Positions 38,808-49,935 of a stretch of DNA of 64,000 bases are shown here, one piece after another. Source of the DNA: Cyanophora paradoxa CCMP329 (taxonomy: Eukaryota > Plantae > Glaucophyta); the NCBI GenBank assembly GCA_004431415.1, contig QPMI01000434.1, forward strand, positions 342,278 to 406,277. The letters are read 5' to 3'. Positions within the stretch are counted from its first letter, which is position 1; the number at the start of each line of letters is the position of its first letter. The notes below the pieces were generated by a model. It ran no database searches, had not been told where the DNA came from, and was given only the letters and a program-made list of their open reading frames with translations. The translations under genes and the position numbers were made by a program.

Positions 38808-38823
38808 AATCTATTATAGTAAG

Positions 38824-39749
38824 ATGAAAGAATACCTGAGCTTTTCGAGCGATGATCGCGACGAGGAGTTTACACAGCCAAACCAGTATGTAGTGACATT
38901 ACCCCGTCGCTATGACAACGTAAAATCGGTGCGCCTGGTGCAGGCAACGGTTCCCAATGTTCTTTCGACCGTGACAAATGATATAGACGCCACTGGTGCA
39001 ACCATCGAGCGCATGGAACTCTATTTCTCGGTCACAGCTTCGGATTCCGGATTCGTGACCATCACAATCCCCAAAGGATTTTACACCAAAGACGACCTTG
39101 CCGCAAAAGTCACAGAAAGACTCGAAGCAGCTCGCCTTTCAGATTTCGGTGGAAAATATATTAAATGCCGCTATAATACTACTTCAAAGATCTATGAGTT
39201 TTTCAGTGATAGTAACTTTTGGTTCAAGTTCTCCAAAGCTTCCCCTGAAACACTCAGAAAATCCAGTAACCGCAAAGCAATCGCTAAGAAACTCGCAATA
39301 TTCGGTTTCAAAGATATTCAGCTATATGTTTACGAGACATTTACCCCTCTTGCAAGCGATACATTCCTTGTGTTTAATCCTGGGACGGGAACTGTGACAC
39401 TCAATCGACGCATTCGCGGCTATACTCGTGGAGATGAGACCCCGGCGGCGATGATCTGGCTATATATTGACGAATTTGCGCCGTTTATTCGCTCAGTCAA
39501 CAAGCACGTCGATGGTTATTTCATGCGCATTCCAATCCCACAGGAACTCGAACATGGTGATATCTACCACTTCGACACGTCCACTACGGTGCCTCTCATT
39601 CGTGAATTCCGCGAATTAAAATCGTTCGACCGCTTGACGATTAAACTCATCGACCATGATGGCGCTCTCTTAGATTTCGGGTTTGGGCGCATTATTTCAC
39701 TTTTGAAATCGAAACCTACGACGCACCGCCCGAAATGAATTTCTACTAA
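38824..39749 (+). CDS. Minor capsid (penton) protein 2
   Basis: LSFSSDDRD, NVKSVRLVQATVPN, IWLYIDEF, FDRLTIKLIDHDGALLDFG. A terminal frameshift restores HYFTFEIE. Confidence 0.75.
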
Positions 39750-39796
39750 GCCCTTTAAATTATTTTCTGATCCCAAAGATAAGAGAAGAAACGCTC

Positions 39797-41109
39797 ATGG
39801 AGACTAACAGCCAATTCCAGCGCCCAACGCTGAAATCTATGCTCACCACCGATGACTACAAGGATTATTTCCTAAACAAGTCGCTGGTCATTGGAACGTC
39901 CTCTGGCACTAAGCCACTTCGAGTTCTGGTCGCCCCCGATACCGAACCAACCAATGCCCTCGGTAACCGAGTAGTTTTCAAAATCCCCCGCTACCATTTC
40001 CTGAATGGTCTCGCGCTGCAACTCGATCTAAACCCGATCACCCTCACTGATCTCACGAATGGTGTCGCTGGAACTACTGGCTACCTTCGCGTCATTGGAT
40101 CGCTGATTAAGCGCATCGAAATCTCTCACGCTTCATTCCGCTATGTTGTACCGGAAGATTTCGTCACCCAGTATTTTCTACTGATGACTGAACAGGGCGA
40201 ACTCGATAAGAAACTTCGCTATGTCGGTGGTCTTGTCGGAACCGCTGGTAACACTGTCGGTGGAACCTACGAAATCGATTTACCCTCTCCTTTCGAGAAG
40301 GCGATGTTCCCACTTTGCGCTCTGAACTCTGAGATCACAGTGGAAATCGAATTCAAGGCGCAAGGGATGGTATCATTGAGGATGTGAATAATGTTGCTAA
40401 TATTGCGGTAACCAACAATGGCGCTTCCCTTCAAGTGCTGAAACCCCGCGTTATTTGCAAGGTTGTAAACGCCGATGAGGCGGTTGTATCGGAGACCATT
40501 GCCCGTGTTAAATCGACTGGCATCGCGATCCCCTACAACGAAATCGGTTTCCTACACACAGATTTCCAGCCGACCGCCTCCGGTTCGCGAGTCAATCTCT
40601 CGCAACTCACAGGTGCGGGTCTCATCCACACTCTCGTATTCTCTGTGCGCCAAAACGCGAAGACGAAGGTTAACAACGGAACTCTCTCGGTTCTGGCTCC
40701 TCGTGCACTCAGAACCAACGCCGTAAGCTTCTATGTGGAACTCAACAATAACCGCCTTTACTCAAATACTTCGCTTCCTCTCATGATTGCCGCGACCGAA
40801 CTTCAAGATAAATATAATTCGGCGATCTTTACCGAGAGCACAAGCTACCCCGCTCTCACTGGCATTTACTTCGGTGCTGGAAACGGAAAGGCGTCGCTTC
40901 TAAACCAAGAGAACACGGGCTACATCGATGCCACAGGCACATCGGCGTTCGATCTGGTCTTCGAATTCAACGGTGTCACAACGGCAGCCGAAGGTTCATC
41001 AGAATGGTATGCATCATCGGCATATCAGAAGATGCAAATTCAGTGCATTGCCCTCGCCCACAACATCATGATAATTTCCGCCGACGGAATCCGAAGAGTA
41101 TCCGCATGA
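39797..41109 (+). CDS. Double jelly-roll major capsid protein (one frameshift near 40370)
   Basis: About 437 aa when joined; VVFKIPRY, LIKRIEI, IDLPSPF..FPLCAL..EITVEIEFK, C-terminal ALAHNIMIISADG; located between penton and ATPase. Confidence 0.78.
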
Positions 41110-41224
41110 TTACCATATTCAGTCTCATTTTTACAACATTTTCATCGTTTTGGAAATTTCCAGTAAGAGATACCCACAAAAAGCATTTAAAGACAAGCCA
41201 ACAATCAGTATATTAAGAAACAAG

Positions 41225-42171
41225 ATGACTCCCGCTCTGACTCACGATCAATTCGTATCTCGGTCTCAGGAAAGATTCCAGGTAAATTTGCATATGAGAA
41301 GGCGAAGTATAAAACATACTGCTTCGACAAGGTCACTTTGATTTGTCTGACATGTAACACAGAATTCGAATGTCTGCCTTCAAACCATTTGAAAAAAGGT
41401 GGATATGGAGGATGTCCCCAATGTTGCAAGGACATGCTCCACAAAGAAAGAGCCACTCCAAAAGACGTGTTTTTGGAACAGGCTCGATCAGCTCATGGAG
41501 ACCTATATGATTATGACTTGACGAATTACAGAAACTGTCGATCTAAGATTTCTATTCACTGCAAACAGTGCGGGCACGACTTTGAGAAGACTGTGTGTGA
41601 GGTTGTGCGAAGCGAAGGATGCCCGAAATGTAGTTTCAAAGCGAGATGCAAGAAAAGAAGTAAGCCACTCGATATATTTTTGAACGAAGTCAGTGAAGTT
41701 CATGGAGATCTTTATGACTATTCAGAGACAGAATACACAAACAAACGCACACCAGTTACCATTAAATGCAAGAAATGTAGCTCAAAGTTTTCATGCCTAC
41801 CACAGAATCATCTACGGGGGACTGGTTGCCCCCGCTGCAAATTTTCGAAAGGAGAAATTGCCGTTGAACAAGTCTTGAAGTCTTTGGAGCTTACATTTAA
41901 ACAACAGCACCGTTTCGCGAACTGCAAAAATAAAAACACGCTACCTTTCGACTTTTACATTCCTTCATTGAAGATTGCAATCGAGTATGATGGGCGCTTG
42001 CATTATGAGCCGGTCGATCACTTTGGGGGTCAGGAAAGATTAGATACGATTCGGCTTCACGATGGAATAAAGAACCGCTACTGCGAAGCTAACAATATTA
42101 AGCTCCTCCGCATACCATACACTGAAACTGATATTAAAGGTTGCATTGAGCGCTTCCTCTCATCGCTCTAA
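41225..42171 (+). CDS. Homing-endonuclease-like protein: three Zn-finger (DUF723-like) repeats + PD-(D/E)XK (DUF559/Vsr-like) nuclease
   Basis: HGDLYDY..C..C..F..P.NHL.G.GCP.C repeats; LPFDFYIPSLKIAIEYDGRLHY. One frameshift near 41280. Confidence 0.82.
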
Positions 42172-42216
42172 TTACCACAGTCAGTCTTATTTTTCTATTG
42201 TTTTTATAGTGAAAGA

Positions 42217-43081
42217 ATGCAAAAAGGGACGACGCCCATGGATCTCGAAGAATGGAACCCGAAACAGAGGGTGAAACTTCCCGCACGATTTCTCCTATTG
42301 GCGAAAACCAATTGTGGTAAATCGGTTTTCTTAAAGTGGCTGATCAAAGAACTCGAAGATCAGATCTCGTATGTTCTGGTTTTCTGTCCTACGAGTTTCA
42401 ACGGTTTCTGGGACAAATTACAGACGAAGTGCATGACACCTGGAAACCGGAATATGTAGAGTCGATCATAGAAGCCCGCAAAAAAGCCATCATCGCGGGT
42501 AAGAAACCAAAGAATATTCTCATCGTACTCGACGATTGTTTGGAGTCCGGAACTATCGATCTTTCGCGCGATCATTTGCTAAATAAATTGATGGCGCAAG
42601 GTCGTCATACGTTTTGTTCCGTGGCGCTAATATCGCAGAAACTAACAAAGCTTTCAACGATCATTCGCAGCAATGCGGAGTATATCATATTCCTCAGCTG
42701 GTCAAACATGCGAGAGTTTGAAGCATATCACGAAGAGTTCGGGAACATGGATAAGAGAGTTTCAAGCGCATGTTCCAAGAATTCTGTCATAGCTACCAAG
42801 CGATCATTCACGATAATACCGGGTATTCTGTGCGATGGTGGGTCGAAAAAGCCGATATGATCGATGACCATCCGTTTACTAAATTCCACAAGCGGGCGGC
42901 TTTTGAAGAAAAGAAGCGCAAACAACAAGAAGAGCAAGCAACAAAACCGCCGCCTGTCAAAGATTCGACAACTGTATGCAAAACTTTATCCAAATTTGAG
43001 CGTGAGCTTGAAGGTATCCCCAAACTTTCCCAAATTTCGCCTAAGAAAAAGAAAATGTTAATCAAATGTAAGAGAAGATAA
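42217..43081 (+). CDS. A32/FtsK-HerA genome-packaging ATPase (frameshifted)
   Basis: Walker A AKTNCGKS, Walker B ILIVLDDC, QGRH arginine motif, ISQK sensor, IRSN. Confidence 0.88.
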
Positions 43082-43083
43082 TC

Positions 43084-43604
43084 ATGGTCTACCGAAAGAA
43101 GCCTCAAACCCTACAAGCGGTCGCCTCTGGTAACCAAATCGCGGACTTGAAGAGTCTGGATTAACGTCGGGTGCGGTCTCGAAATGCCCGAATATCTTAT
43201 AGACACTTCGCCAGAAGAGGTCGCCAAGCAAGAGGCGATTATTGCGAGTGCCACCGCGGACAAGGGAAACCAAGATAGCGGTAAACGCCAAATGGAGGAT
43301 TTAGCTACTGTAAAACCACAGATTGGAGGCGGCTCCATCGATGAAGCAACCGACAAAGTACTAAAAGCGCAAGTTGTCGCAAGCCAGCACAAAACGCAAG
43401 ACGTCCCAAAAGCCGCCGAAACTGAGCTTAAAAAGCGCGGATCCTATCAAAACACACGGTTCCTGTCGACGTTGTCATGAGCTTGAAGAGAAAGTGCGAG
43501 ACCTTGAAATGAAAGTGTCAAACTACGAGAAATGGATGCAAGATTATAACGAACGCAAGAAATTAAAGGGGCTCGTGAAGAAGAGATCTCCAAACTCGGA
43601 TTAA
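43084..43604 (+). CDS. Hypothetical viral protein with CxxC and coiled coil (frameshifted)
   Basis: Overlapping ORFs 43184-43480 and 43374-43604 plus an upstream ATG. Confidence 0.4.
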
Positions 43605-43960
43605 AGCAAAAAGTCGACGTAGAGGAGATTAAAAAGGAGGAAAAACAGATGCACAAGCCGTAACTCGTCAGCAATCGGTTGCCCCGCAATATGCACATAT
43701 AGTGCCGACAGCACCAGCGAATTTCGCGGCAATGCTCGGTGGTAAACGCCATATCCGCTAATGGCTGTGAATATCCGCAAGGCAAAGCTGAACCCGCCCG
43801 TATTTAGAGCGGGTCTTTATGTGGACTCCCTTGCAATAGGGACAGGTCGGCTCGGTAAACAACATGATAAGGTCGACTAAATCATAAGGAAACACACGAG
43901 CAAGTAACAGCCTCATTTCCTGTTACCATAGGATTATTTTATTGCGACTCTTTATAGAAG

Positions 43961-44379
43961 ATGAACTTTATCAGTCAGTGCATTGAAATGTTTCAGCTTC
44001 ATGTAGTGTCTAATTGCCACAGCCCTTGCTGTGACACGACCGTAGAAATTGAAATATCGGATGGCGAAGACAATGGGGGTCGTCGCTTATCTGTTATTTC
44101 GAACACTGACACGAACGCCCCGCCAAGATCGCGAAGGGGTCGCCTGTGCCCGCGGCTATGAGTTCCAATATCGAATCCGCTCAGATAGAGGACGTAAACG
44201 TAGAGTATATTAGAAGGCGCTCATGTCCTGAGATATTGGGTGGGCATTTTCGCGCTGATTCCCTTATCCGATGCTCACCCTCGATGGAATGGCTTCGGGC
44301 AACGATGGAAATTACGAATACGTGGAGCCGCAACCTGTCTGGAACGATTATTAAAGATCGATCCGAGGGCAAAAATTGA
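43961..44379 (+). CDS. Small CC-motif protein (paralog of 57838-58164), frameshifted
   Basis: MNFISQCIEMFQLHVVSNCHSPCCDTTVEIEISD aligns with MDLLRKCMDMFHLNVTSKLNCSCCETTINLEISD. Confidence 0.6.
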
Positions 44380-44435
44380 AGGTTTCGGTAAAAGGTATTT
44401 AAGGGCAAGAGAAATAATACAGAGTGACAAAAAAC

Positions 44436-44448
44436 TATTTTCTCCGGT
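44436..44448 (+). promoter_or_regulatory. Viral upstream motif TATTTTCTCCGGT (copy 1)
   Basis: 8 nt upstream of ATG 44457; identical at 49901 and 55651. Confidence 0.65.
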
Positions 44449-44456
44449 TATAGTAA

Positions 44457-44869
44457 ATGGCGAAACCCAAGATTTCAAACCAAGAGGCGATGGCGGCACA
44501 GCAGGAAAAGCGCAGACCCGGGCGACCGAAAAAGGTGATTTCAGAAGAGGAGAAGGCGGAGAGATTAAGACTAAAACGCGAAAAAGACGCCGAGCGGCAG
44601 CGAAACAAGCATCAGAGACAGAAACAGGAGCGATTAGCCGCCGGAGAGGCTACTATATTCACACCGGAACAGCTACAAAAGATTGCAATTCGTAAACAGC
44701 AGCGATACCAAGACGATGAAGAGTATCGGGAGAAATCCGAGAGAAGGCACGTGAATACCAACGAAGGAAAAGAGCGGAACGCAAGCTGAACCCACCCGCT
44801 AAACCTCAGCCGCAAAAGCCCGCTGGGAGACCCCGAAAGCATGTCGTCGAGAACGCGAAAAATTCGTAG
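44457..44869 (+). CDS. Basic DNA-binding protein with two AT-hooks
   Basis: RRPGRPKK and, after restoring one A in a homopolymer, KPAGRPRK...NS* (TAG at 44867-44869). Confidence 0.7.
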
Positions 44870-44891
44870 CGAAAAGTACCGCACGATGCAA

Positions 44892-47800
44892 GATAAAATC
44901 TCTTGCATTAGCACACAACACAACTACAATGAGTTTCACATCGCCCAATAAATCTCTCCGACTAGATACTATCGAGGACCGTCGTATGCTGTGCTTTAGA
45001 AAGTACAAAATGAACGAAAGGTTTGAAGGTTTCGTGTCTAGATATCTAGCTAAGGAGGTTTCTAACTAATACTAATGATGTGGAAGCTAGCTGTATCGAT
45101 TTCTAAACCAACCTAAACTCCCGGCTACGAGGTCCTATCTCTACAAAGACTCCCAATCATGGTATGTCCGCCGCCAGCGCTGCCCAAGGGCCTCGCCGCG
45201 CCGTGTGCCAGGCTCCTCGCCAGCCCCAGTAGATTGGGCTACTGGCCGCCTCCTGCCGTCGCCTCCGCCGCCTCCATTTGTTGGTGTTGCGTCCTCCGGC
45301 CCCGCCCCAGACCGCAATCCCCCAGTGTCTCCCTCTAGCGCGGGCGCGCCCTCTGTGTGCCCACGCCCCAAGCATACCTGTTCGTATGGTCGTATACTTG
45401 CATGGCCGCTGAAGCCCGGACCCAGCCGTAGTCGTCTGGCGGGCAGCTCAGGTGTGAGAGGGCTAGGGTTTCCCCGCTTGGTGGCGGGACTCGAGGGCAC
45501 CGCACTCCCTGCAGCGTTCCCGCTGCCGGGCTCCGGATCCGCGCGCTTCCTGCGAGCGTTGCCAGCCGTATCGTCAGGCGGCGCGTCGGCCTCGCGCCCG
45601 CGCGCCTCAGTGCGCTTCGCCTTGGCGCGACGTTCTTTCATGACCTTCGTGATCCCGCACGCCTTCTCCCACTCCGCGTACGCCTGGCATCTGGCGGCCC
45701 ACGTTTTATGGGCCTGCTCGCCTATGGCCGTCGTCAGCTTGCGCACGACCTGGGCAGCTTTCTTGGCGTCCGTGACGGTCTCGCGAATCATATCGGTGAG
45801 GCCTGCCGGGGGCAGCCCCCGTAGCACGCACATCTGCGCCTGCCGTTCAGCTGCCGTGAGCGTCGGGTCGTTTACTCTCGTGACCTTCAGGGAGCTGGAG
45901 AGCGCGTGTGGCACTGACCGCTTCTGCGCGCCTTCGAGGGCCTCGCTGACCGTCGCTGCGATGCGTGCTTCCGCAGCGGTGCGCGCCTCCGTCGCCACCC
46001 GCGCTGGGGCAGGTGAGGACGTGCTCCAGCGTCTCCTCGGCCCAGTCACAAGCTGGGCCGGCCGTCGCCATCGATTTCCCGTGTGCTGCAGAGCGCACAG
46101 AGTCCTGCCGGGTTCACTTCGCTGTAGAGCTCGGCGCGTCTCGCTTGCGGACGAGGGCCGTCGCCACCGTACCCAAAACGAGTTTCATGTGCGTACCCCG
46201 AAGCAGTTGCTCTCTCGGCTCACTCCGACTCGGCGGGGCCCCATAGCCATCTGATCGTATACTGCGCCGTGATCCACTGGCAGCCGTAGCCACTCCCCGG
46301 CCTGAGCTGGTTCGCCCACGCGAAGTGCGTGTGGTGCGCGTGAAGCACAGCGGCGTGCCGCCGAGGGTCGCCTTCGACTCGCCTGACTATCCCGGTCGGT
46401 CCCTCGATCGTCAGCACTGCCGGCATGCTGAACTCGGGCGGCAGGAAGATGTTCTCGTCCAGTTCCTCCTGTTCCAGGTGCGCGCCTTGATCGGCCGCTC
46501 TGTCGGCGGCGTCGTTTAGCTCGTGCATATCCTCGTCGCTGTGCGCCTTGACCTTGATAACCGCAGCCGGCCGCTGCCGATCCCGTCCCATCACCAGGGC
46601 GCGAACTTGGACCACGCGTACAGCTCAGCGCTGCACGTGTTCCGGATGTAGTCTCGCATGTGCATATCGTGCACATTCAGCACGAACTTATCGAACCACG
46701 TGCAGACGTTCTGACTGTCCGTGTGCAGGCGCACCCCCTGCGCCGCGAGCACGTCGGCGACGATCGCAGCCTGGAGCTCAGCCTTGTTGTTCTCTTGAAG
46801 CCCGCGCAGCCTGCCAACGTACGTGCCTGCCCATTCGGGTGGTTCGCCACGGTCCCGTCCGGGAACTCAGCCGGGCTCACGACGCCGAGGCCGCGTGCGC
46901 CCCTTCCGTTTGACCCTTCTTCAGGCTCCCGTCCGTCCATATCCACTGCTCGAGTTTCCCCGGGCGACGGCCGAGCTTCGCGAGTTCCGCCTCTTCGATC
47001 TGCTCCCAATTTGCCAGCATGTGCTGCCAGTAAACGGTGAGGGTGACCCCTTCCTGCGCCGCCGGGAGTCCCAGTGGCGCGGCGCTCCGCCCGCGTAGTA
47101 GAGTTCGCTCTGCTCTGCTGAATCTGACACAGGTTGTGCTCGTCCCGCGGCTCGGCGCCCGGCGTCGCCGCCGCAGCCACTTCCAGCGCGGCCTGCAGCT
47201 CAGCCTCGGCCTCCGGGCTCAGCTGTTCGCGGAGGAAGCGCTCGTCACCATCCTGTACGGCTTTCACGCGGGCCTGGAGAAGCAGCGCCCTGCGTTTCTC
47301 GTCGTCTTGCGTGCGCAGGCCCGGGTCGTAGTACTCCAAGGTCGGTCGCAGGGCGACCTGCTTGCGCCCGCGCTTCGACTTCGTCTCCTGACCCGCCGCT
47401 ACCGCCGGCGTCTCCTCCGTCGGTTTCGCCTTCCAAGGCGAGGAGGGTATCCTCCTCCTCCCACCAGCCCTTCCCGTGCGTCCACGAGCCGTCGCACTGA
47501 CTCATTTCGGGGCAGCGCGATGGAGCATTGCGCGTGCACCGTCGTCATGGTGCCAGTACTGCTTCCTGTCCCCTGCACCGCCGTGTACGTGCCGTCCGCC
47601 CCTCTATTTCGGGGTGCCGGCAGTGACCGTCGCACCGGCAGTAGAGTCCCTCTTTCTCCGCGTCGGGGTCCGCGCCTTCGCACCGGCACCCAGTGCTCCA
47701 GCAGGTACTCCGACGCTAATATGCTGCCCGTCTCGGATTTGAACGTAACGACTCGCCCCACGTGGGGCTCGGCAGATTCATCGTGCAGTTGCTCCGCCTC

Positions 47801-49773
47801 AAATACGGCTACGAACGCGTCCTTTGCCCACTTCACCTTCCGGCCCCGCCAGGGAGCGAGGCCATGGCTGACGCGCGCTCTCCTGCCCGCCGCATCGGGT
47901 GCCGCAGCTGCTTCCCATCAACCGCGAGCGCGTTCGCTACCTCACGCCACCACGCAGGCTCGCTCTTCTGCAGCGTCCCCTTGGCGCGCCCATGTACAGG
48001 TCCTGCCAGGTTCGCAGGTCTCGCCGTCCGCTGCCGTCACCGCGTCCATGGTCGTCACGCCCGCCCGTACAGGGCAGGGCCGCGACGCTGAAGACGGATC
48101 TTGGGATGTGCATTTGCCACGGACGTAGCGCGGTCGAGGCGCTCCGGGTCAGGCCAAGGCTCCGCCCCGGGCAAGGTGCGGAACGCCGCATAGCGCGCGT
48201 GATTCGACATCAGCCGGTACTTACGGCGCTGCATTTGCGGCATGATCGCCGCCAGGGAGTTCCGCGGGCGAGTTCGCTGGAGATGGGCGCGTTTAGGAAC
48301 TCGGTCGGAGCAGAGGCACCCCAAGCTTCTCCTGCAGTGCGCGCACCCGGTGCCGTACCCCCCGAGCCAGCAGCGAGCCCTCGGGCGCGCAGAGCCGGAT
48401 CTGAGCCTCTGTGATTTGCGCCTCCGCTTGCAGTGGGCTGTTCGTTGAGGCTGTACCCCCCGTGGCTCCAGATTGCGTAATTCGTCGTCGAGGCGGCGAG
48501 GTTCCCGTGGTGCTTGACGACCCTCATCCAAATACGATCGAGTTCCTGGCACTGACTCTCGCTCAGGTCATGAGCTTCAGGCCGTACGAGATGCGGGCCT
48601 GCACTACGGCCTCGACAAGGTAGCAGGCCTCGTTCGCGGTGAGCTTCTTGCGTTCTATCAGCGCGACTGCGCCCCGCGCCTGATCGCAGATGTACTGCCA
48701 CTGACGATCCCAGTTCAGGTTTGCGCTCATGTATACCCCGAGGAGCTTGAAGTGCTCTTGGGGCTGGCGGACAAGTCCGACGGGGGTACCGTTGATCTTC
48801 GGCGGGGAGGGCTGCTTCTCCTTCTTCTTCGCGGCGGGGTGGGCCCAGGTTTGCTCTCAACTTCGCGACGTGCGTTGTTCCACGTGAAGATCGTCTTCTT
48901 CGCGTTGACCTCGATATCGTGCAGGCGGAAGAACTCGCCGGCCACGTCGGCCTGGGCCTGTAGCCCCGCATGCTTCCGCTCATCCACTTCGTGTCATCGC
49001 GTACGCCACGCCGCTGACGCGGGCCCGGCCCTCGCGTTCCGCAGCATCGTCTCCCTCGGGTTCCCATCACGTACGCCGTGCCGGCTCCTCCAGCTCTCGG
49101 GGTGGGCATAGTGCTCTATCGTCTTTGCCGTCTTCTTTCCGTGCTGGCGCTCGTGCTGATCCAGGCGCTCTTGCGCGCAGAGGAGGGCATCGTAGAAGAT
49201 CAGCCAGTGCAGCGGCGACTCGACACCGCCCTGCGGCAGCCCGCACTCGAGCTCGAACTCGTCGGAGAGGCCGTGACCGGAGATTGCCCGCGCCCTGCGG
49301 CGCCGGAATATGTTCCTGTGGAGCTCGATGTACCCCTCGGTACGTTCAGCCTCCGCATCGAGAGCTCCATGCTCTCCCACGAGACGGAGTCGTACGCTCG
49401 CCTGATATCCTGCAGCAGGATGTACAGGGCTTCTTGAACTCCTTCGCGTCCTCGAGGACTGCGTTAAAGACGTGGAGGGCGTCGTCCGTCGAGCAACCAG
49501 GTCTGAAGCCGTAGTTGCTCCTTTCAGGAGCCCGTTCTGATGGATTGTCCGGGACAGGCGCGCGTTCAGGAGGCCAGTGGTCAGCTTCAAGGCCACTCCT
49601 GCAGGGTGATCGGTCGCAGTTATTTTCGATATCCCCGTCCCACTCCCGGCTCTTAGTAATGCCGAGAATGTTGCCCTGACACACGGCATCCGGCAGTCCC
49701 GGAGGCGGATCGCTTCAGCCACCAGCGAGAGCAGCAGCTTCCGCCCCAGTGTACGGGCTCCTCTTCCGTGGCC
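44892..49773 (-). mobile_element. 5'-truncated non-LTR retrotransposon (RT + RNase H + CCHC) inserted into the virus
   Basis: NYGFRPG, QDIRRAYDSVSW, GLPQGGVESP, AYADD, FKLLG; RNase H NNKAEL, TDS, KVKAH..NDAADRAA; ETLEHVLTC. Host-like GC; 18-bp TSD AAGTACCGCACGATGCAA at 44874-44891 and 49774-49791. Confidence 0.92.
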
Positions 49774-49893
49774 AAGTACCGCACGATGCAAAAAATGATT
49801 AATTTTTTACCTCCCTTTTATTCCCCGTATAGGTCAAAAAAGCACTTAAAGAATTGGCGACAAGGTATGAAAAGGAGAATTTGGTAGATTGCG

Positions 49894-49913
49894 CCGAAAT
49901 TATTTTCTCCGGT
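49894..49913 (+). promoter_or_regulatory. Viral upstream motif CCGAAATTATTTTCTCCGGT (copy 2)
   Basis: 22 nt upstream of ATG 49936; identical 20-mer at 55644-55663. Confidence 0.7.
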
Positions 49914-49935
49914 TATTTTAAAAGAACTAATAGAG

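Noticed and set aside
43600-43930. Minus-strand small CxxC ORF (MRLLLARVFPY...CPYC)
   Set aside because: Short, frameshifted and without a recognisable family; cannot be supported.
45205-48128. Long plus-strand ORFs (349 and 363 aa)
   Set aside because: Antisense shadows of the GC-rich LINE ORF.
44892-49773. RT as a virus-encoded DGR or retron diversifying the fibre genes
   Set aside because: LINE-type RT-RNase H-CCHC with host-like GC, 5' truncation and TSD; no template/variable repeat pair seen in the fibre genes.
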